Origin: a virus
Length of the DNA: 64,000 nucleotides
Direction: 5' to 3' (one strand)
Virus record (IMG/VR): IMGVR_UViG_3300045988_171772
Coordinates: 96,001-160,000 of that record
Shown here one piece after another: positions 30,025 through 39,629 of this stretch. The position numbers were made by a program, and so were the translations under genes. Each line of letters starts with the position of its first letter. Position 1 is the stretch's first letter. Below the pieces are notes generated by a model. That model worked only from the letters and a program-made list of their open reading frames with translations, was not told the DNA's origin and made no database searches.

Positions 30025-30547
30025 TGCCCTAGTTTATAAAGATAGAATTAGGGAGTAATTCCATAGTAAAGTAATGAGTAAATAGGAAAATGACAAAGTT
30101 TGAAAATCCTATATCTCGTTTTACATTTTGTCTGGTATGTTTTACAGAATGTCACATATATTTGACATTTTAGAAATGGTAAAATGAGTAATTCTAAGAA
30201 GAATCTTGAAGTAATTCGAGTATAAATAGAATACCGAGTAATGATTCTAGATCTATTTCTGTCTAGTTTCATTACTCGGTATTCTATTATCCATGTGATT
30301 ATTAACCTCCAATTTAGAAAATTAAAGATTGGAGAGTGATACCAATAAGATATCTCTCGAAAACACTTTAACTTCCTTAAAGAAGGTGTACCTGGAGGAT
30401 TGAATCTCCAAATGGTGCACCTTCTTTTTATCGATTTGAAAAGTCAGAGATATTTCTCTATATATTATTCCTATGATTATGATGAGTCAAATTAGCCATG
30501 GATTAACCTCGCTTTTGTAATTTAATGAACATTTGGAGGAAATACCT

Positions 30548-30835
30548 ATGACAAATGACATCTGTAGATTTTCAACTAAATATGATATCACCAATATCAT
30601 ATATTCTATAGATCCTGATTATGAGAAGACGCATAATCGGGAGATATACCTTATATGGTATTATGGTCGGGAGATTCTCCCAGGTCATGTAAACTTTGAG
30701 TATACCAAAGGAACGAATCAGCTGTACCTGATTCCAACCTATTATAGAAATCCTGAATTTAGAAAATTGTGTCACCAATTTCCTGGGTTTATGGATCTTT
30801 ATAATGATACTCTTAGAAGATATAACTTAAGTTGA
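30548..30835 (+). CDS. hypothetical small protein (95 aa)
   Basis: ATG at 30548 follows TGGAGGA. The N-terminus ICRFSTKYDITNI is paralogous to the ORF start at 36391 on the minus strand. Confidence 0.5.
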   Translation: MTNDICRFSTKYDITNIIYSIDPDYEKTHNREIYLIWYYGREILPGHVNFEYTKGTNQLYLIPTYYRNPEFRKLCHQFPGFMDLYNDTLRRYNLS

Positions 30836-30980
30836 TGCACAATCTATCTGTCAAGTATTCTTCAAAAATGCCATTAACGTTAAAAAGCGATTGAGCAACT
30901 CATCATAATTAAAGAAGGTGTACCAGATGGATTACTATCCCAATGGTATGCCTTCTTTTTTATTTTATAAACCTAGTGGA

Positions 30981-31002
30981 CTATAGTAATTTATTACTAT
31001 AG
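30981..31002. repeat. perfect palindrome CTATAGTAAT-TT-ATTACTATAG
   Basis: 10-bp arms. It overlaps the 3' end of the CCTAGTGGACTATAG motif (30972-30986). Confidence 0.6.
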
Positions 31003-31105
31003 ATATAGAAGAGGGAGATTACTATAATCACTATGGGGATCGTTATTATAGTAATCCCTCTCTTCTCATTGATTTGTATATTCCTAACTAGATTGTGAGG
31101 GATCT

Positions 31106-31609
31106 TTGAAGTTGGCTACTTATGTAAGAAAACTCAAGGATCGTAGTGGGAATTATATAGTACCTGCAACTCGATCTACGGGAGTGTATCTGAATGACAA
31201 TCAGACATTACAGGGTTGGATAGACAATATGGAAGATAAGAAGTTTGATCTTCTTACTGTCTATCCTGTAGGCGCTATCTTTCAATCTACTTCTGATGGA
31301 GTTGTCCAAACCGGTGGTGAGGCATCTCATACATTAACAACTTGGGAAATGCCTACTCATAATCACGGATTTGTCAATAACTCATACACACTTGGTAATG
31401 GCGGGACTGGATGGGAAGGAGATTTGAATCTGGTTATTGGTGGTCATGAAGACTATATCGTATGCTTCAAGACTGGACCTCTTGGAAGACCTAATGCGGC
31501 ATTCGCATCTTCATCTCAGCATAATCATACCATTGATGGTGGTAATGGAGGAGCTCATAATAACCTACCTCCCTATTATGCAGTGAATAACTGGAGAAGG
31601 ACTGCATAA
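31106..31609 (+). CDS. tail fibre/baseplate protein with phage tail-collar domain
   Basis: GGEASHTLTTWEMPTHNH...GGAHNNLPPYYAVNNWRRT matches the tail-collar pattern (HTLT..EMP.H.H ... H.N.PPY......W.RT). TTG start with a GTGAGGGA RBS. Confidence 0.7.
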   Translation: MKLATYVRKLKDRSGNYIVPATRSTGVYLNDNQTLQGWIDNMEDKKFDLLTVYPVGAIFQSTSDGVVQTGGEASHTLTTWEMPTHNHGFVNNSYTLGNGGTGWEGDLNLVIGGHEDYIVCFKTGPLGRPNAAFASSSQHNHTIDGGNGGAHNNLPPYYAVNNWRRTA

Positions 31610-31746
31610 TAGACTTCAATTCTTCTATATAATATAAGAGAGATCATACCCACAAAGATACTAGAGATATATTTACTATCCTAGGTCTTTGTGGGTATAA
31701 TTCATTTGAGGTGAAATCTGATTCGATGCAAACTCAAGGGAAAACT

Positions 31747-31822
31747 TGGAGCTAGTGACAGGAATCGAACCTGCAACCTGCTGATTACAAATCAGCTGCA
31801 CTGCCAATTGTGCTACACTAGC
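31747..31822 (-). tRNA. tRNA-Thr (anticodon UGU), CCA encoded
   Basis: Hand-folded cloverleaf. Acceptor GCTAGTG/CACTAGC. Anticodon stem GCTGA/TCAGC with loop TTTGTAA. T-arm GCAGG-TTCGATT-CCTGT. 3' TCCA. Confidence 0.9.
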
Positions 31823-32055
31823 ATCTCTCTATCTATCCAATCAGATTAATTATATAGTATATCATTTCTTTGAGGTTTATTATACTAAACTTAGTGGACT
31901 ATAGACGAACTGCGTAATGGCATTATAAAAAAGAATGGATACCTGGTAAGTATCCTATACCAAGTACCCATTCTTTTTATTTTTATGAGGATCTATACAG
32001 CATATTTAATGAAAATTGATTCTTGCGCTTATAAATGTAATGCTTATATCAATAT

Positions 32056-32130
32056 GCGGCGGTCGTACAACGGCTAGTATATCAGCCTTCCAAGCTGAGG
32101 ACGAGGGTTCGATTCCCTTTCGCCGCTCCA
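32056..32130 (+). tRNA. tRNA-Gly (anticodon UCC), CCA encoded
   Basis: Acceptor GCGGCGG/TCGCCGC. Anticodon stem TCAGC/GCTGA with loop CTTCCAA. T-loop GGTTCGATTCC. 3' TCCA. Confidence 0.9.
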
Positions 32131-32395
32131 ATTATTTTCTACTTCATATTTAGCTATGCTTCCTTTCTACTTTATTTGTGTAAGATTCGCTAAACCAAAA
32201 GATTTACACCATCTATCGGATTATGGTCTACCTCTCCTACAGACCTACGATAGATGGTGTAAATCTTTCTTAAGAAACAACGTCATTAATGTATGAGGTA
32301 TTATCCATGAATCCATAAATGGTATATCTCATATTCATGGAATTGATCAATCCTAAGTAGTGAACCCTATATCCTATGTAAAGGAGCTCCATAAA

Positions 32396-32953
32396 ATGAA
32401 AAATGATCTGCTGGATTTCCTGATTGACGACGATAGCACTCCTGCTACCGAGAACGTCTCTCTGATCGATGACAAAGAAGGCATGGCCAGTGTTCTTCTG
32501 GCTGGCATTCAGGAGCAGTGCACTCCTGAGGAGTATGAGCAGATTGTGCAGGAGAATGCCAATCTGTGGGAGATCTATGGTCTGATTCCTGACGCCCAGA
32601 TGGTTGCCACTGAGGCTACCAAGAAGGTCGTCGCCAAGTACACCAAGTACAGCTATCTGTCCGCTGCTACCAAGCGTGCTGCGTTCCGACTGGCTCGTGC
32701 TGCTGGTGACCCGAACTATGCCAAGTATGTCAAGTACCGTGATCTGATGCGCCAGTATCGTGAGAAGGTTCTGGACAAGTGGAATAGCAAGGCCACTCGT
32801 GAAGCCAAGCGCATTCTGCGTGGTGCCGCTGCTACCGCTGGCTCTGTGAAGGATGCCCGTGGTAAGCAGATGGAGGACAAGATCGACAAGGCTCTGAAGC
32901 AGACCAATGCCGAAGGCCGCAATGGCAAGGCGATCCGTGCTCCGAAGCAGTAA
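32396..32953 (+). CDS. hypothetical protein, GC3-rich codon usage (probably abundant; Ala/Lys-rich helical)
   Basis: ATG at 32396 follows AAAGGAG. Codon usage resembles the capsid gene. TAA stop, then a 14-bp hairpin. Confidence 0.75.
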   Translation: MKNDLLDFLIDDDSTPATENVSLIDDKEGMASVLLAGIQEQCTPEEYEQIVQENANLWEIYGLIPDAQMVATEATKKVVAKYTKYSYLSAATKRAAFRLARAAGDPNYAKYVKYRDLMRQYREKVLDKWNSKATREAKRILRGAAATAGSVKDARGKQMEDKIDKALKQTNAEGRNGKAIRAPKQ

Positions 32954-32964
32954 GTAAAACATTT

Positions 32965-32999
32965 ATCCCCATATGGATACCAAAAATCCATATGGGGAT
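32965..32999 (+). terminator. hairpin terminator (CCATATGGAT family)
   Basis: ATCCCCATATGGAT (32965-32978) pairs with ATCCATATGGGGAT (32986-32999). Confidence 0.7.
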
Positions 33000-33544
33000 T
33001 TAATTTAGTAAAAACGAAAAAATAATGGTATGTATGAGATCCCCATATCATACATACCATTTGTGAAGACCCTATGTCAAGCTTTAATCAAAATACCGTG
33101 ACATGGCATCTACATAAAGCTTGAAACCTATGCAATGGTTATAGAATTCTTTGAAGTGTGGTTTCTTCATTGCACTTTTAACCAGATAGGTTTGGTGTGT
33201 ACCATCCAGATACTTGCGATCGTCACTCGAAGGATCCAGGAGGTTCACATAATTCCAAAGATGATACTTGAGAGAGAGTCTTTACGTCTCTCTTCTCGCA
33301 CATCAATGGATTTTACATAAAAAGATTAAGTCGGTAATTGACATGATTGGGTAATCAAACATGTTGGTTCATTCTTTCATGAATTAGATTCATGGAATCG
33401 AAGGCCATGCCAAATATCCAGGTCAGTCAAAACTAAAACTTCTGATGTAAAATAAGAGGGACTATTAGGATCTTCACAAATAAATAATATACAGAGATTA
33501 CGATTCGAAAAGCACCATCGTAATCTCTGTATATATGAAATTTA

Positions 33545-33580
33545 ATCACCCATATGGATATAAAAATCCATATGGGTGAT
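33545..33580 (-). terminator. hairpin terminator (CCATATGGAT family)
   Basis: ATCACCCATATGGAT (33545-33559) pairs with ATCCATATGGGTGAT (33566-33580). It has nearly the same core as the 32965 hairpin and lies downstream of the minus gene ending at 33612. Confidence 0.7.
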
Positions 33581-33611
33581 TTTGTCTTTATATATGAATC
33601 CAAGTATCGAA

Positions 33612-34010
33612 TTAGAATGGGATAAAAAGAATGAAGAAGAACCAGGATATGATAATCTGGAGCATATGTAAGCTTTGATCAGCTACAAGATTGGTCATCT
33701 TCCAGTTAGCTTTCATATTGTCTATGAAAGCGTGCCATAGAAATTGAACTATGATCACAATGATGAATAAATCCCATCGATCTCCCATATCAAAATGGAA
33801 ATATACCAAGATAGGGAGATGTATCATCATAGACCATGAGAAAGCATGACATAATAGAGCTGGGATATAATCAAATCTATATTTATCGTTATATCCCTCC
33901 TGATTCTCCCACCAGGATCTCTGTTTCATACTGGCCATAATGCCTTGGAGTCTGAAATCATCAATTATATGCATGAAGATCATAAAGAGAAGTATATAGA
34001 TAGTATTCAT
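33612..34010 (-). CDS. integral membrane protein, DUF3307-like
   Basis: 132 aa with several hydrophobic helices. HIIDDFRLQ..MASMKQ and HAFIDNMKA recall the H..DF..Q...K signature of DUF3307, from memory. Confidence 0.55.
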   Translation of the reverse strand: MNTIYILLFMIFMHIIDDFRLQGIMASMKQRSWWENQEGYNDKYRFDYIPALLCHAFSWSMMIHLPILVYFHFDMGDRWDLFIIVIIVQFLWHAFIDNMKANWKMTNLVADQSLHMLQIIISWFFFILFIPF

Positions 34011-34060
34011 ATTGATCGATTCCTCCTTTAGTATACGAGTTTCTTGGATGCTAGGCGTTT

Positions 34061-34078
34061 AAAACACCACATTAAAGT
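34061..34078 (+). promoter_or_regulatory. candidate promoter, AAAACACC-N4-TA class
   Basis: AAAACACCACATTAAAGT lies about 20-30 nt upstream of the start at 34097/34106. Confidence 0.4.
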
Positions 34079-34096
34079 TTCAAGATACTAGGAGAG

Positions 34097-35869
34097 GTGA
34101 TAGAATTGGCAAAAATTCTGTCGGTAGAGACATCTCCTTACTATGAGAAACAAATTGAGATTTATGCGAAAAATAAAGTAGGGCAATTCTCTAAATACTT
34201 GGAGAAGAATCCTACTTTTGTTGAGTATTACCATATCAACCAAGTTCTGAGTAGAGCAGATGTAGGGAGTCAATCTGTCAAAGAAGAGATAGGAAGGAAA
34301 TCTCCGATCCGTTATAATAAGATCAAGGAATTTCCTATCTATGGTTTGCCGGAATTGAAACCTGAGCTGACCTATGATGAAGATGGCATGGATATGGATC
34401 TCGATTTGAATGGATTGATTGTCCTTCCTGGGACGATTCATCCTATTCCTGGAGATTACTTCTACTTCAAATTCCCTGGTATGAGTGTCGGAATTCTTTG
34501 GAGGGTAACTTCTAAAGAATTCAATACAGTCCAGGCGAATGACTATTATCTACTCGATGCAGAGATCTATGCCACTGCAAAAGAAACAGATAAGAATTCC
34601 TCGTATAGTCAATTACAGAAACAGGTCGTAGAAGACTATACCTGTATCTTTGAGAATATTGGCACCAAAGATTCATGTATTGTCAAGAATGATCAATATA
34701 CCAAGGCACAATACTTGGGCACTTACATCACCAATCTCATGAATAACTATTATGAGACATTTTATCACAGTGATGTCGGTACCTTTGTAGGTCTTGGTAT
34801 GTGGAATCAGACCCCTACCTATCTATATGACATCTATCTGATTCGATTCATGAAAGAGGTAGACTTGTGGGAGGTTGGAGATGGAATCACAAATCGTGTG
34901 GTAGCTCTTACCTATGATGACAAGATTCCTTCTAACTTTGATTCTAGATATAGAAAAACCTTGTGGTATGCTCTTCAAAAGAAGAATGCCTCTACCATGG
35001 TTCCTTACCAGTATTACTATACTTATGAGTGTACGAAACAGTCGTCTCCTCTCTTGATGTATAGTGATCACTACTGTGAGTGTATCCATCTGGAAACATT
35101 TGGAAGAAGCACTGAAAAAGATGATTATCTGTCTAGAAGAATCATTGGTAAGACAAGAGAATATTTTACCACAGATCTCACAAGAGGGATCAAAGAAGGA
35201 GGACTGAAGATCACCGATGAGAGAAATCAACTCATCTATGATTATATTACCTCCAAAGAGATCACTCTGAATCTGGGTATGCTCGAAGATCTTACCTTTG
35301 ATATGACTTCGGATGACTATATCTATGGACCTGCCTTGATCTATGTATTGAAGAAATGCTACAATGCTATCTTCAATGAATCTGGCGATCTGACTGTTAG
35401 ATTGGTCGGTGGTCCTGGAACTGAAGGAAAGGATACTGACGATATGACAGCTTCCAAGTATATCGAAGATACTGTCGTCCCGGCTATGAATGAGATGAAG
35501 TCTAAGATTTCTCAGATGGATAATGAGAAACTTAACTATGCCTATCTCAACAATGTCGGATACGAAGTTGATTTCCCGAGATTCAATCGGAATATTGTAT
35601 TGAAGAAGATCACCATTAGTGGTGTCCATGATATGCAATGCTCTGGTTTCAAACTCATCTATGGAGATCAAGTCATTTATAAGAATGAGGATATGGGTAA
35701 TGTAGCCAGAGGAGAAGACTATGTCACCGATCTGTACATGCCCATTGATTGTGTCTCCGGTAATCCCATTACTCTCAAATTCATCAAGTTCATTCAAGGA
35801 ACTGTGAATGTCTATGTAGAGTATGTCTATCAGAATGATGGATCCGGAGAGAGTACCAATCTTGTCTAA
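34097..35869 (+). CDS. hypothetical structural-module protein (590 aa; portal or adaptor possible by position only)
   Basis: Track ORF. GTG at 34097 or TTG at 34106 after AGGAGAGG. Lies upstream of the terminase gene. No motif I can name. Confidence 0.75.
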   Translation: MIELAKILSVETSPYYEKQIEIYAKNKVGQFSKYLEKNPTFVEYYHINQVLSRADVGSQSVKEEIGRKSPIRYNKIKEFPIYGLPELKPELTYDEDGMDMDLDLNGLIVLPGTIHPIPGDYFYFKFPGMSVGILWRVTSKEFNTVQANDYYLLDAEIYATAKETDKNSSYSQLQKQVVEDYTCIFENIGTKDSCIVKNDQYTKAQYLGTYITNLMNNYYETFYHSDVGTFVGLGMWNQTPTYLYDIYLIRFMKEVDLWEVGDGITNRVVALTYDDKIPSNFDSRYRKTLWYALQKKNASTMVPYQYYYTYECTKQSSPLLMYSDHYCECIHLETFGRSTEKDDYLSRRIIGKTREYFTTDLTRGIKEGGLKITDERNQLIYDYITSKEITLNLGMLEDLTFDMTSDDYIYGPALIYVLKKCYNAIFNESGDLTVRLVGGPGTEGKDTDDMTASKYIEDTVVPAMNEMKSKISQMDNEKLNYAYLNNVGYEVDFPRFNRNIVLKKITISGVHDMQCSGFKLIYGDQVIYKNEDMGNVARGEDYVTDLYMPIDCVSGNPITLKFIKFIQGTVNVYVEYVYQNDGSGESTNLV

Positions 35870-35898
35870 TATCATAAATAATTAGGAGGGTTATCCCT

Positions 35899-36258
35899 AT
35901 GGGTAAGCTGTTTGAAGATATCCAGACTGCTATGGAAAACGATCGTTCCATCAATGATCAGATTGCGGATGAGATCGCTATGAATGAGGATGCTGATGAA
36001 GAGCTGAATGTCAGACTCCTGGGTCAGTATTCTGCCTATGCAGAAGATATGGAAGATGATGGTATCGATCCCGATCTGGGTGAAGATACCGATGATGATG
36101 TCGATGATCTGCTGAATGCCACTGCCGATGAGGATGATGGGTATTCTATGGGATCTGACATCAATCCTGAGATTGTCAGTGACACTGTCAAGGAAGAGGA
36201 TTACGATGATGACATTGATGACGACTTCTTTGATGATGCTGACGATGACGATATGTAA
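35899..36258 (+). CDS. extremely acidic small protein (119 aa)
   Basis: AGGAGGG RBS. Roughly 40 percent Asp plus Glu, ending DDDFFDDADDDDM. Confidence 0.7.
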   Translation: MGKLFEDIQTAMENDRSINDQIADEIAMNEDADEELNVRLLGQYSAYAEDMEDDGIDPDLGEDTDDDVDDLLNATADEDDGYSMGSDINPEIVSDTVKEEDYDDDIDDDFFDDADDDDM

Positions 36259-36391
36259 ATAAGATCAAAAAAGATGGTGTACCTCTGGTTAAGGAGATAC
36301 ACCATCTTTGTTTTGTTTGGCACATAAGCTTCATATTGCCAATGAGGCTTGTAATATTCCGGATGTCATACTTGGTAGAAAAGCGGATCAT
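36188..36391 (-). pseudogene. possible truncated paralogue of the 30548 gene
   Basis: ATG at 36391 with GGAGGA 7 nt upstream. MIRFSTKYDIRNIT matches ICRFSTKYDITNI at 30548. The frame then runs through a terminator hairpin and the 3' end of the acidic-protein gene. Confidence 0.25.
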
Positions 36392-36728
36392 TGATGGTTC
36401 CTCCGATGGTTAATGAGATGCATCATCTATGATCGAGTATCTTTTCCTCAATTTTCAATTAGTTGATATTATTGAGCGCCATTTTATACAGGATCAATTG
36501 AGTATACAATATCAATGATATCATTTATCGTTGAAAAACTAGGATGTGTCATGATGATTATCTCTTAACTAAGCCTCCATGTATATATCGGGAATACATG
36601 GAGGATTTTTTATTTTTCAACGAAATTAAGGTCCCAAGTAATGACTATAGATTGAGTCATTACTTGGGATTTATATGTCTCTAATTCTCATCTATTTCAA
36701 CCAATGAATTAAAAGGAGGGATTTATAT

Positions 36729-37749
36729 TTGTCTACGATAGTAAATATGATTGATGAAGATATAGACTACAGAAAAGTCTACAGAGAGATTGACAATCTC
36801 GGTGATGATGAGGGACAAAATAAAGCCCCAGACATAGACTTTTCATCCCCTGGGTGGACAAACCCAGACAGTGATAAGGTCGAGCAGTTAATTAAGACTG
36901 ATATTAAGACTCTTACTAAGGTAGCTGAATTAAAGAAGAGCTACGATTTCAAGACCAAGAATAAATCCTTCTTGGAATTGTATCGTGATCTTCACTCATT
37001 AGGTATCAAGAATAATAAATTCTTCTTGGTCATCTATGACAGATCTCTGATTGGAGTAGATCCTTTCTCTGAGGCCCTACCTTTATCTACCAAACTGAGA
37101 ATTATCGTAGAATGTATGCGAAATCCTTGGTATTGGTTACGAGAGATTTGTAGAGTTCCTCAGGATGGTTCTGCCATTGAACCAGGAGGAGGTTCTGAAT
37201 TCATGATAGATAGAACCTCAGCTGCTGCTTGGTATTGCTTTATTAACCATATCGACCATTATCTATGTAAACCTCGTCAGACTGGTAAGACCCATTGTGC
37301 CTTATCAGAGATTGACTATGGGTATACCTTTGGATGTAAGTCTTCTACCATTCTCTTTGCTAATAAAGATGCTGAGAATAATAAGATGAATCTCTATCGA
37401 CTGAAATGTCATAGAGATATGCTTCCCTCTTATATGCATATGAAGACGACCATAGACATGGCAGGAAATCTCATTAAGGAGAAGAATAGTGTTACGACAA
37501 TTCGCAATCCTGTGAATAATAATAACATTAAACTTCTTCCGAGAGCCAATAGCAAAGATTCTGCTATGACCTGTGGACGTGGCGCTACATCGTCTTTGAT
37601 GTATTTTGACGAATGGGACTTTATACCCTACCAAGTCGAAATAATGAATAGCGCTGCCTTTGCGTATTCAAGAGCGAGCGAAAATGCTGCTAAGTCAGGA
37701 TCACTATACAGCCGTATATATTCCTCAACTCCTTTAAAGACGGATATTT
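36729..37749 (+). CDS. terL: terminase large subunit, exon 1 (ATPase)
   Basis: TTG start 8 nt after AAAAGGAGGG. Walker A KPRQTGKT. Walker B LMYFDEWDF. Coupling motif YSSTP. The exon ends after ...TDI plus 1 nt. Confidence 0.85.
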
Positions 37750-38163
37750 ACTACGAACTCCCACTAATGAAATTATAGATGGAGAAGAATCTGATAGTAG
37801 TGAATATTCGAAAAGGGCCATATAATAGTGATATTATATGGGATCTTCGTGAACTGCTGGGATATCTCTTATTAGAGACGATCAGCAGCCAAGCTTCTTT
37901 CTATATAGAGAGGAGAAGGTTCAACGACTATCGAAAGCACAGGCATAGGAGTAATCCATATGTCGTAGAGCAAGTAGAGTACAGCCAAGCTATTGGGTAG
38001 GTATATAGGTGATAATAGTCTATAGTAAATCCTTTAAATGGAAGTGCGAAGTATCTCTATAGGACGAATATCGCCATATAGAGATAAAGATATAGTCTGA
38101 TTCCCATAGTAATATGGGCGGGTTTCTTATGTAAACCGGTGAGAGTGTAGCGGACTCTCATGG
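37750..38163 (+). ncRNA. group I self-splicing intron (about 414 nt, no endonuclease ORF), paralogue of the RNAP intron
   Basis: 14-bp P1: exon/intron CGGATATTT|ACTAC pairs with GTAGTGAATATTCG (37797-37810), with the splice-site U-G wobble inside the helix. P2 hairpin at 37818-37841. AAGATATAGTC at 38087-38097. P9 hairpin with GTAA loop plus two more hairpins. Terminal G at 38163, with an alternative at 38175. Confidence 0.75.
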
Positions 38164-39629
38164 ACACAATGGGTGACTTAGATTCTAGAGATGGAGCTGC
38201 TGCTACTGAGTGGCTTTCTCATACTCTCAAGTGGGAAGAAAAATTTTATGATGTCCCTATCGAGAAACTTAGAGCTATGGTTAATGACAACCAATCCAAG
38301 AGGAATGGTGTCATGTGGATCGAGCATTCTTGGAAGCAATTAAAGAAGACACAGGCTTGGTTTGAGAATCAGTGCCGTCTCGTAAACTGGTCTTTGGAAG
38401 TAATCGCGAGGGAGATTGAGCTTAAGAGATTGCATGGCTCTTCTCTGTCTCCCTTCAAGAGAGAAGACATCATGTATATCCAAGCGAATAAAAGAACTCC
38501 GATTGGCGAGATTGATCTTAGTAAAAATATGTGTCCCTTCAAATTCTATAAGAAGATAAAGAAAAGCATTCCTTACTTTATCTGCATTGACCCATCGGAA
38601 GGTCTTGCTCTGGATAACAATGCAATCGAGATTGAATCTCCTTATACCCTTGAAGTGGTATGTGAGATGAAGAATCCCTATATTTCCCAACCAGATCTAT
38701 CTGATATGCTTGTGAAGTTTATGGATCTCTTCTGTCCCAATGCTCTTCTCATTATAGAGAATAACAAGGGTAGAGAATTGATCAACTGTCTCAGAAAGAC
38801 CAAGTATGCAAACCGTATCTGGTATGATACTGGTAAGATGCTGGATGTATCTGAGAAATTGAATAAGTATGGTATGCAGGCTAGAGATTCTCTGGAAAGA
38901 AGAGCATATGGTCTGTCTACCACAAATGCCAGTAGAGCTGTCATGATGGGTATCCTTGAAAGAATGATGGATGAAGAGAAGAGAAAGTTCGTATCAGAGT
39001 ATGTCGTAGATGACATTAGTGCTCTGATTCGTACTCCTTCTGGTAAAATCCAAGCAGCTCAAGGTCAACATGATGACAATATCATGGCCTATCTTTTTGG
39101 TCCCTATATCAAATTCAATTCCAATAATCTGGAAGAATTTGGAATTGATATACATGATATAGACCCAGATGAGGAATCTCTGATGGGGAATATCAGACAA
39201 GTACCAGAAGAGAATAAACCTCTTACTGAAGAAGATCAAATCTTGAAATTGAGAGAAATGTATCCAGATCTTCCTACTGATATCCAAGCTCTCTTGAAAG
39301 ACAATCTCTTCGGTATGAAGGGCGTAAGATTGAAATCCGATCAGGAAGAGAGAAAGAGCTCTGTGCAGCAGATGAAACTGCAACAGACGGCTTCTCAATT
39401 CATCAAGGATGAGACTGTCGATGACTATAAGAGATTGATTGCCTCTAGTACCAGACAGAGATCTCCTTCTGAAGTAGATTATAATTATGACTATGATGGA
39501 GGAGTGCCTTCTGATGATGTCATGATGGATGGAGCTCAGACAGATCGATTCTATGATCATATGTTTGACTCTATCGGTGATTATGAGGCTCAGAATCCGA
39601 ATACCTTTGATCTCAATGACTATATTTAA
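38164..39629 (+). CDS. terL: terminase large subunit, exon 2 (nuclease)
   Basis: ICIDPSEG, IENNKG and HDDNIMAYL fit the RNase H-like terminase nuclease motifs. Joining exon 1 (1021 nt) to this exon (1466 nt) gives 829 in-frame codons. Confidence 0.8.

Noticed and set aside
30048-30272. 74-aa minus-strand ORF in the gap after the RNAP gene
   Set aside because: It has low-complexity composition and no RBS. It overlaps a 16-bp perfect hairpin (GAATACCGAGTAATGA/TCATTACTCGGTATTC).
37776-38012. TAG read-through joining TerL to the in-frame ORF 37779..38000
   Set aside because: The frame is open only by chance through the intron core. The sequence there is the conserved group I ribozyme, shared with the RNAP intron. 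It does not resemble terminase, and it ends at TAG and then TGA without reaching the nuclease domain.
37735-38172. Alternative TerL splice junction SSTP|GDLDSRDG (5' site after 37734)
   Set aside because: It looks attractive at the protein level. However, no internal guide sequence complementary to ...CAACTCCT with a U-G wobble exists in the 5' part of the intron, whereas the site after 37749 has a 14-bp P1.
25106-39629. Inteins in the RNAP or terminase genes
   Set aside because: The interruptions contain stop codons and ribozyme motifs, not in-frame Cys/Ser...His-Asn splicing blocks. Both are explained by introns.
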